Shown piece by piece: positions 44,177 to 51,721 of a stretch of DNA of 64,000 nucleotides. The notes beneath the pieces are model-generated. The model saw only the letters and a program-made list of their open reading frames with translations. It ran no database searches and was not told where the DNA came from. A program made the translations under genes and the position numbers. This DNA comes from Colwellia polaris (GTDB taxonomy: Archaea > Nanohalarchaeota > Nanosalinia > Nanosalinales > Nanosalinaceae). The DNA lies in assembly GCA_047617785.1 (NCBI GenBank), contig JBLGBK010000003.1, positions 15,663-79,662 of the forward strand, given 5' to 3'. How positions within the stretch are numbered: the first letter of the stretch is position 1; the number at the start of each line of letters is the position of its first letter.

Positions 44177-45906
44177 GAAGAAAAGGGTTAAGCTATTCTC
44201 TTGAAGTTATAATATCGGCTATTATAATTCTAAGTTTCACCTATGGTATTTTTGAAATTCCTCAAGGGAATGATTGGAATCAGCATAGATCTGAGATAGA
44301 AGCTCAAGATTTGACACAGACGCTCCATAAAACAGGGCTTGCCACTAGTTTAGTTAGTAGAGGAGAGACAGGTTCTTTGCAGACAGCTATTACTACAATT
44401 TCGGATAGAGATCGTACTATCTCAGGTAGTATTACTAATATTCCTATAGGTGAGGTAGAAGTAGGATATCATACTGTTGATGAGGATCAGTACACAGTCA
44501 ATCTAGAAGACGTACAAGGATCTGGTGATATGTGCCAAGGCGACTTACAAGATGATATTGATACTCAAAAAGATATTAAAAGAACCCAGCAACTAGGTAC
44601 TTCGGATGAAAACTACGATGTTAGGCTTTATATCGCGGATACCGGCTCTCAATTTGATGAGAGCGTTGATTATAATACGGTATGGGTAGATAATGGTACA
44701 GAATGTCAGTTTACGGCATCCGATGGACCTTTCTTTTTGGAAGACAATTTCAAATGGGGAGACAGTAATAACTCCGCACCAAGCGATCATTTTCAGATAA
44801 AAAGTATAGAAGGCAATCAACTGACTATCTACAAAACCACGATACCTACTCAAATACATAAACAGATGAATGAGCCTGTAAATTCGCTTAGACCGGAAGT
44901 AGAGATGGATGCAATAGATATTAGGGATGAGGAACTGACACAGGATATAATGGTCTTCAGAAAAACTGAAGCTCTTGATGACATAGACACTGAAAGGACT
45001 AAAGTAGAGGATTACATGCAGGACTACCCTGTTTTAATGATGATGGATATAAATCAAGCAGATTTCTCAAACTCAGATTTTATGCAGAATACCAACTTCC
45101 ATTGGGTAGATGCAGGGTTTTCAGGGGGTTATGGTGGTAATCCAACAAGTATTGAATTTACTAATTCGGATATATCTAGAAATATTGAGACTTTCTTTGA
45201 AGGAATGAATGGGGATAGTGCTTCTGCAGCTCTGCCTCCTGCAGGACCAATAGTGTCCAACAATTCGGATACTCTAACGCAGGAAAATCCTGCTCTTCAA
45301 GGAGGTGCAACTCTTAATACTGCTGCATGGAGTGATCGAGTTGATAATATGGCTACAACTCCCTACGATGGCGAACCTTCTCCAGACTGTGGAACTCGAT
45401 ATGAAGGAACGGTAAATCTTCCGGGAGGTAATTACCCTATATTGAATACAGAACTAGTAGGATCAGAGGGAAGCTGTCCTACTGATGGATGGGCTGTGAA
45501 CTTTGATTTTCAAGGTTCTGCAGACACTGGTAGAGGGCCATTTCTTCAAGGGGAAGAAACAATTATCGATAGAAGAGGTTACACTATTTTAACTAACTCT
45601 GATGACTCAGGATGTGATTTAGGAGAATGTGTCGAATTTAATTTCTCAGGAAATTCCAATGTAGAGGTAATTAACTACGGTGAGAGCTTCCAAGGATTTG
45701 ATGGGGAGAGACTTGCACTGACGGGAAGGAAGACATCATATAATGAGGAGGAATTTAAGCTACTATCGTCTACGATTTTCAGCCTTTACGATTCAGAAGT
45801 AACCTTTGGAACTCAGCAGTCTTCATCTATATCTACAGATATAGTCTCTGGTGTTGATAATACTACATATATGCCTTATCAGTTACGTCTGAGGTGGAGT
45901 CGATGA
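44170..45906 (+). CDS. large prepilin-like surface protein (578 aa), no recognisable domain
   Basis: MVRRKG|LSYSLEVIISAIIILSFTYGIF. The rest is hydrophilic with scattered Cys pairs. Confidence 0.5.
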   Translation: MVRRKGLSYSLEVIISAIIILSFTYGIFEIPQGNDWNQHRSEIEAQDLTQTLHKTGLATSLVSRGETGSLQTAITTISDRDRTISGSITNIPIGEVEVGYHTVDEDQYTVNLEDVQGSGDMCQGDLQDDIDTQKDIKRTQQLGTSDENYDVRLYIADTGSQFDESVDYNTVWVDNGTECQFTASDGPFFLEDNFKWGDSNNSAPSDHFQIKSIEGNQLTIYKTTIPTQIHKQMNEPVNSLRPEVEMDAIDIRDEELTQDIMVFRKTEALDDIDTERTKVEDYMQDYPVLMMMDINQADFSNSDFMQNTNFHWVDAGFSGGYGGNPTSIEFTNSDISRNIETFFEGMNGDSASAALPPAGPIVSNNSDTLTQENPALQGGATLNTAAWSDRVDNMATTPYDGEPSPDCGTRYEGTVNLPGGNYPILNTELVGSEGSCPTDGWAVNFDFQGSADTGRGPFLQGEETIIDRRGYTILTNSDDSGCDLGECVEFNFSGNSNVEVINYGESFQGFDGERLALTGRKTSYNEEEFKLLSSTIFSLYDSEVTFGTQQSSSISTDIVSGVDNTTYMPYQLRLRWSR

Positions 45907-46760
45907 AAGGGCAGTTTATGGCGCTTACTGCAGTGTTGGTCTCTATAATCGTCCTTTCGATGACAGGCATAATTACAGAGTTTCAGAGCCAGAATTATCC
46001 TGATACTCAGGAAGATAGAGTTATCGATATGATTAAAGAAGAGGCTGGCAAAGTTGATGTAGCTCAGCCTGAGGAAAGGCGTAGTTTCACACGATTTGTT
46101 CAGTCAGTTCCTAACTATAGGGCTGAGACTACCTTTGATAACACACGTCAATGCTTTGAAGTAATACTAGAACGATCAAATTCACGAATTACAATGGACT
46201 GTGTAGGAGGAGAGGAGTCTAAAGTTGAGGAGGTTAGACTTATTTCAATAGGCTATGATGCAAGGCAAGATTATGGGGGTAACGCACCGGTACCTCCTAG
46301 AGGCACAGAATCTAGTTATGGTGGAGTCTACGATGCCGAAAACAACCGTCAACTTCACAGTGCAGGACGTTCATATTCCCTATCAGTCTATGATCTAGGT
46401 TCTAATACGTTTCTTAGTCATCAAACTTATGATATATATGACGAGGATGATGGTGAGTCAAAAGCCGACCAAATGGCAAATGATATACAATCTATGACTG
46501 ACGATGAAATAGCGTTAATAACGACCCAGAATGAGCCCCAAAATCACAGACTTCATGGTGACCTTGAAGATGCAATGTATAACTTAGGAGCTTCTCAAGA
46601 TCTCTATGGGGCAGGGGATTCTATATTTAAGAACAGAAGCGCTTACTTACTGGTTGGAAGACCGGATCTCGGTGAAGGTAACGCCTATATTGAGAAGTAC
46701 GCTGGTGAAGTAAATAACAGTTCTGATGCATGGGTTAAGGCAGATTTCAAGCTAAGCTGA
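45903..46760 (+). CDS. prepilin-like protein (MKG|Q) with a C-terminal ILEI/FAM3 'GG'-like domain
   Basis: MKG|QFMALTAVLVSIIVLSM. I prefer the ATG at 45903 (ATGA overlap with the previous stop) over the track's GTG at 45894. The C-terminal ~175 aa align by eye with the FAM3/ILEI pattern. Confidence 0.55.
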   Translation: MKGQFMALTAVLVSIIVLSMTGIITEFQSQNYPDTQEDRVIDMIKEEAGKVDVAQPEERRSFTRFVQSVPNYRAETTFDNTRQCFEVILERSNSRITMDCVGGEESKVEEVRLISIGYDARQDYGGNAPVPPRGTESSYGGVYDAENNRQLHSAGRSYSLSVYDLGSNTFLSHQTYDIYDEDDGESKADQMANDIQSMTDDEIALITTQNEPQNHRLHGDLEDAMYNLGASQDLYGAGDSIFKNRSAYLLVGRPDLGEGNAYIEKYAGEVNNSSDAWVKADFKLS

Positions 46761-47942
46761 AAATTTTTCTATAAACTCTACTTCTTTATCATCAAATTCA
46801 AGGTCTCCGGCTAGTGCTGGATTATCTTCCAGTATCTCAGCAAGGAATGGCAGCGATCTTTTTGCCTCTCTCTTTGAGATATGCATTTTGTCGGATAGCT
46901 TGGATGCGATGCCGTCCATACGGTTCCGTGCTGCATGTGTCTGTCCCATGCGCTTAATCTTTCCAGGATACTGGTACTTGGTCCATCCATCGTATTTTTC
47001 ATCCTTGGAAAGAGCAACTCCTACACTGGAGAAGAAGTAGACATATTTCAACAGTTTCCAGTTTTGCCGGATCCGAATCCTTCCATTGAATAAATCCGCA
47101 TTCGATAACTGCCTGTATGCTTTTGCAACATCCTCTTTTTTCTTGTATTCGCGCGGGATATTCTCTCTTATCCATTGAAGGAAGGTATCTGCATCTTCAT
47201 CAAGATTCTCCGTAGCTTGCTTCGCATTTTGGGGAGTCGTTGTTTTGAAGATAACTTTCAGTGAGTCAAAGATTTCCTGTCGATTATCACGCTGGCTGAT
47301 AGCATCAAGGTCTTCGACCTCAAGTTTATCCTTTCCGAGTGCTACAGCTTCAAGGTCGTTTATTGCTGACCGCATCTGGCCGCCGCTTCCACGGGCGATA
47401 CGTTTGACCGCGCTTTCATCGTATTCAATTCCCTCGTTTTCAAGTATCCTTTTCAGATGTGCGTTGATGGAATTTGTGTGTACTGATCCAAGTTCGATAA
47501 GTTTGGATCTGTTTCTTATCGTCTGTACGTTGCTTGCGTAGGCGTCATTTGCGGTAAGTATTACTGGGAAACGTGATTCATCTATGATTTTAAGCAATTC
47601 GCTGCTTCCCCCTCTGTCGGCGCGCCCCATACCGTCTACTTCGTCAATTAAAATCAGTTTTTCTTTTCCTAGAAAGCTGGCCTGTCGAGTTGCTTCTTTC
47701 AATTCTGACTTTAGTTTCTTCTTGGTCCGGACGTCTGAAGCGTTGGTCTCTACAAGTTCTCTGTCATAGTCTTCTGCTAGAGCTTCGGCCATTGAGGTTT
47801 TTCCTGTTCCTGCCTGTCCATGTAGAAGTACCGGTTTATCTCCTTGTTTCCAGTTTTCAAGCCATTCTTTCAGCTCCTTTTTTTCGCTGGAAGCACCTCT
47901 ATAGTCTTCTAGGCTGTCTGGACGGTATTTTTCTACCCACAT
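46752..47942 (-). CDS. rfcL: replication factor C large subunit
   Basis: MWVEKYRP, LLHGQAGTGKTS, LILIDEVDG. Confidence 0.9.
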   Translation of the reverse strand: MWVEKYRPDSLEDYRGASSEKKELKEWLENWKQGDKPVLLHGQAGTGKTSMAEALAEDYDRELVETNASDVRTKKKLKSELKEATRQASFLGKEKLILIDEVDGMGRADRGGSSELLKIIDESRFPVILTANDAYASNVQTIRNRSKLIELGSVHTNSINAHLKRILENEGIEYDESAVKRIARGSGGQMRSAINDLEAVALGKDKLEVEDLDAISQRDNRQEIFDSLKVIFKTTTPQNAKQATENLDEDADTFLQWIRENIPREYKKKEDVAKAYRQLSNADLFNGRIRIRQNWKLLKYVYFFSSVGVALSKDEKYDGWTKYQYPGKIKRMGQTHAARNRMDGIASKLSDKMHISKREAKRSLPFLAEILEDNPALAGDLEFDDKEVEFIEKFSA

Positions 47943-47948
47943 TGTCCT

Positions 47949-48899
47949 TTATTTCTGACCTATTTCTGCGAGTTTTGCGAGCATTGCCTCGATCTGGATG
48001 TCGCTGCTTCCTCCTTCGCTTATTCTGAATTCATATTCTCCTAGCTGTTCGACTACTTCCAGTTTCTGTTGGTCGTCTAGATCTAGGTCGAGAATTTCTC
48101 TGTGAATGGAATTTATTATGTCGGTTCCATCGAGCCCTCTGTCGACCATTAGATCGGTGAGTTTCTCTCTCGCATCCATGAAGCTGCCTTCAAAGGCGAG
48201 GTCGAGTACTTCACGGATTTCATCTGGTCGAAGGCTGGCTGCCACACCGTAAACGTCTTCTTCCTCGATCTCATCTTCCTGAATTGCTGCGGTCTGAAGG
48301 ATGTTAGTAACTCTACGCATGTCTCCGCTTGATACTCTCATAACTGCTTTTACAGCGTCTTCAGAAATTGTAAATTCTTCTTTCTCGCCAAGTTTCTGAA
48401 TGTATTCTTTAACATCTTCCTCTTCTAGGCGGTTGAAGCGGAATACCGCACATCTTGATTGGATAGGATCGATGATCTTGGAGGAGTAGTTGCAGGAGAG
48501 GATGAATCGGCAGTTGTCGGAGAACTGCTCCATAGTTCTTCTCAATGCCTGCTGTGCGTCGCTTGTGAGCGAGTCTGCCTCGTCTAGGAAGATTATCTTG
48601 TAGTCTGCATTGACGGGTTTGGTCCGTGCGAAATCCTTGATCTTATCTCTTACTACATTAATTCCTCTCTCATCAGAGGCATTAGTCTCCATGAAGTTCT
48701 GACTCCATTCATCGCCGTACAGATCCTTAGCTAATGCAACAGCAGAAGTGGTTTTTCCTGTTCCTGCTGGACCTGCAAACATCATATGAGGTATGGAATC
48801 CTCCTCTACAAATGCTTCAAGTCTTTCAATTATTTTATCCTGTCCAATTACCTCTTTAAGCGTTTCCGGCCGGTACTTTTCAGTCCATATATCAATCAT
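47949..48899 (-). CDS. rfcS: replication factor C small subunit
   Basis: WTEKYRP, FAGPAGTGKTT, FLDEADS, QSRCAVFRF. Confidence 0.95.
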   Translation of the reverse strand: MIDIWTEKYRPETLKEVIGQDKIIERLEAFVEEDSIPHMMFAGPAGTGKTTSAVALAKDLYGDEWSQNFMETNASDERGINVVRDKIKDFARTKPVNADYKIIFLDEADSLTSDAQQALRRTMEQFSDNCRFILSCNYSSKIIDPIQSRCAVFRFNRLEEEDVKEYIQKLGEKEEFTISEDAVKAVMRVSSGDMRRVTNILQTAAIQEDEIEEEDVYGVAASLRPDEIREVLDLAFEGSFMDAREKLTDLMVDRGLDGTDIINSIHREILDLDLDDQQKLEVVEQLGEYEFRISEGGSSDIQIEAMLAKLAEIGQK

Positions 48900-49018
48900 T
48901 TTTGATTCGTCCTCCTTTGAAGCGGAGCGGTTAAGTTATCGTTTCTCTCGCCCCTTTGTGCTATACTGAGTTTTGCTCTATCTATTCTTTTATGCCTTCA
49001 TACCGCACATCATAAACT

Positions 49019-49534
49019 ATGATAGTAACCATAACCGGGACTCCGGGAACAGGAAAAACCTCTGTACTGAAGTCTCTAGACACGAATTTCAGAAAAGTAC
49101 ATCTAACCGAATATATACAGGAAAACGAAATTGGAGAAAACACGGACGACGTAACGGAAGTAGATACCTATCTCTTGAAAGAGAAGATATCAGAAGACAT
49201 CAATGATGGGGAAGAGGACGTTATAATTGAAGGTCATCTTGCACACCATATTGACTCCGATCTCTGCATAGTTCTACGCTGCAACCCGGAAAAACTTGAA
49301 GAAAGACTCTCTCAGAGAGATTACTCTCAAAACAAGGTTATGGAAAACGTTGAATCCGAAGCACTAGATGTGATTCTTTCAGAAACAGTTCATACCCAGA
49401 AAAACGTCCTTGAGATAGATACTACGCATAAAGAACTAGATGAAGTAGTAGAAGAGGTAAAGGAAGGAATTGAGAAAGAGAAAACGGGTTATGGTGGTGT
49501 TGACTGGTCTGAAAGTTTTCAGGAATTATTTTGA
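49019..49534 (+). CDS. adenylate kinase-like ATPase (Fap7/AK6 family)
   Basis: MIVTITGTPGTGKTSV. 171 aa. The LRCNPEKLEERLSQR pattern is typical of the family. Confidence 0.75.
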   Translation: MIVTITGTPGTGKTSVLKSLDTNFRKVHLTEYIQENEIGENTDDVTEVDTYLLKEKISEDINDGEEDVIIEGHLAHHIDSDLCIVLRCNPEKLEERLSQRDYSQNKVMENVESEALDVILSETVHTQKNVLEIDTTHKELDEVVEEVKEGIEKEKTGYGGVDWSESFQELF

Positions 49535-49830
49535 ATCCAGTTGAATAGTTTATCTTTCTGCATAGCTCCCGATGCACGAGCAACTTCTTCACCGTTCTTA
49601 ACCATTAGCAGTGTCGGTAGAGCTCTTACACCGTATTTTCCGCCTGCGCTCTGGTATTCTTCCATATCCAGTTTACCGAAGTTGATATCTTCAAACTCCT
49701 CTGAAGCTTCCTCAACTCTTGGTGCTAGTACCTTGCATGGCTGGCACCAGTCTGCCCAGAAATCAATTATCCATGTTTCATCTGACTCAAAAACTTCGTC
49801 AAGTTCATCAGCAGTAAGTTCTTGTACCAT
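49519..49830 (-). CDS. trxA: thioredoxin
   Basis: DFWADWCQPCK active site. 103 aa. Confidence 0.9.
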   Translation of the reverse strand: MVQELTADELDEVFESDETWIIDFWADWCQPCKVLAPRVEEASEEFEDINFGKLDMEEYQSAGGKYGVRALPTLLMVKNGEEVARASGAMQKDKLFNWIQNNS

Positions 49831-49913
49831 GGTTCTAAATCGAATGGTCGAGACTTAATTAACTTGTCATAAGCTGTAGGTTAGTTAGAAAAAAAGAAAG
49901 AAGAGCGAGGAAT

Positions 49914-50726
49914 TTACTCCTCCATGTAGACAGTACGGATCGGATAAGGGATATCGATCCCTTCATCGTCGTAACGATCCTTGATCAGCTGTGTCAGCTC
50001 TGAAGAGGCCTTAACAACGTTAGCCTTTCGAGTGTCAGTCCAACCACGTAGCTTCAGATTTACAGATGATCCTCCTAGCTCATTCACAAGAACCTGAGGC
50101 TCTGGTGAATCTTCTGTATGTTCTGCATCATCTAACACGTCCTCTGCAATGTTCTTCGCAGTCTCTATATCGTCTTCATAATCTATACCGACTACAACCT
50201 CGAATCTTCGATTTCCATAGGCGGTGTTGTTTACTATAACGTCGTTGTACAGGTTGGAGTTAGGGATAATGACTTTACGCCCGTCATAAGTTTTGATGTC
50301 TGTGGCCCGGATTCTGATGTCTTGTACTGTTCCTTCTTCTCCAGCTGATTCTATCTGATCACCGATCTTGAATGGTCGGCTTAGCAGGATCATTACTCCA
50401 GAAATAAAGTTGGCTATCATATCCTGCATGGCAAATGAGAGACCTAAGCCGAGCAGACCTACTAGAGTTGCCAGTGAGCCGAGAGGTACGTTAAATACTC
50501 CGAGAAGAGCAACAATTGTCAGCGAGTAGATTGCAAATGTCGCTAGCTTTCTTGTAGTCTTTGCAACGTGTTCATCGCCACCTTTCTTCTTAATTGCTTT
50601 CTTGATGTATCTTGAAGCGATCTTATTAGCGAATATCCCTGCAACAAGTATTACAGCAGTCCATAGAACGGTTTGGGGTGCTATATAAGATGTTGCCAGT
50701 TCAACCAGTTGATTGAGACTTTGCAT
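49914..50726 (-). CDS. mscS: MscS-family mechanosensitive channel
   Basis: Three TM segments, then FKIGDQIESAGEEGTVQDIRIRATDIKTYDGRKVIIPNSNL, plus a C-terminal alpha/beta domain. Confidence 0.85.
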   Translation of the reverse strand: MQSLNQLVELATSYIAPQTVLWTAVILVAGIFANKIASRYIKKAIKKKGGDEHVAKTTRKLATFAIYSLTIVALLGVFNVPLGSLATLVGLLGLGLSFAMQDMIANFISGVMILLSRPFKIGDQIESAGEEGTVQDIRIRATDIKTYDGRKVIIPNSNLYNDVIVNNTAYGNRRFEVVVGIDYEDDIETAKNIAEDVLDDAEHTEDSPEPQVLVNELGGSSVNLKLRGWTDTRKANVVKASSELTQLIKDRYDDEGIDIPYPIRTVYMEE

Positions 50727-50826
50727 AATTCTTATTATGAACTCGGACTTTCCAGTGTTAAAAACTCTTTGAGAAAAAGGGCTTCTGTTTAAAAATCATC
50801 TTCCCTCAACAGATAATTACTAGCCA

Positions 50827-51666
50827 ATGGACTCAGTTGAGAATTACATAGAATACGCAGGAGTATTCGCACTTTCGCTGCTCGCAGTCTCAGCAGTATA
50901 CCTGATAGACTTTTCACGCCCTATAACAGCATTTCTACTACTAACGTTTCCTATACTATACGGATTTGTCGCAAGCATCTCAACTGAAGGCTTCAACAGA
51001 GCCTCGTTAATATCTCTTTTATCATTAGTTTTGGCACCTGTTGATCTATTTATGGCGGCTGCAGCCGTATTTATCTCATTCACTACTGTCCTAATATCGT
51101 TCTTTTCGAGCGGGAAACAGTTCAGAGATTTCTACGGATCGACAGCACTCCCTCTACTCCTTACCGGACTAATTGTAAGCTCAGGGCTGTTTGTTGCAGC
51201 TTCAACAAGTCAACAGTTTGGAAATAAAATTACCAATACTACAGCGAATGTTGTAGGATCTCAAACACAGAACGTAATTGAAACAACAGGTATAGTAGGC
51301 TCTCAGCAACAGCAACAGGCCAGAATAGTAGAGGCAACCAGCCAGAACTCTGTAGTTCTTACACAGCAATATGTCCTGAATGAAACAAGAGAGGACTTTA
51401 ACAGAGATCAGATTAGATCTCTTAATCAGGCTTTCCAGGGCGCGGAACAGGAAATACCTGATCGGCTCTCATCAGAGATAGAGGACAGAGATCTAGATGT
51501 TGATGTTGAAGGTCAGATGGAAGACCTAGTTAGAGATAACTTTGATCAGAAGCTTTTCATTGTAATAATACCGCTATTAACACTTCTAATCTACTCATTG
51601 CAGCCGGCAGTAGGGCTTTTAACAGCTGTAGTAGCTTCTATAATCGTTCGTTTCCGACATCTATAG
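50827..51666 (+). CDS. membrane protein, unknown
   Basis: 279 aa. About 5 N-terminal TM segments, a polar Q-rich linker, and one C-terminal TM region. Confidence 0.5.
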   Translation: MDSVENYIEYAGVFALSLLAVSAVYLIDFSRPITAFLLLTFPILYGFVASISTEGFNRASLISLLSLVLAPVDLFMAAAAVFISFTTVLISFFSSGKQFRDFYGSTALPLLLTGLIVSSGLFVAASTSQQFGNKITNTTANVVGSQTQNVIETTGIVGSQQQQQARIVEATSQNSVVLTQQYVLNETREDFNRDQIRSLNQAFQGAEQEIPDRLSSEIEDRDLDVDVEGQMEDLVRDNFDQKLFIVIIPLLTLLIYSLQPAVGLLTAVVASIIVRFRHL

Positions 51667-51721
51667 GATAAACTAATTGGCTAGCGCAGGTTGTTAAATC
51701 TTCACCGATCTAATTATTAAC

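Noticed and set aside
36740-46760. Calling the locus an archaellum (fla) operon because of the FlaI-like ATPase and FlaJ-like membrane genes.
   Set aside because: There are no archaellin-type N-termini and no FlaF, FlaG, FlaH (KaiC-like) or FlaC/D/E. The structural genes are DUF1628-type and G|Q-type prepilins, which fits an adhesion pilus locus.
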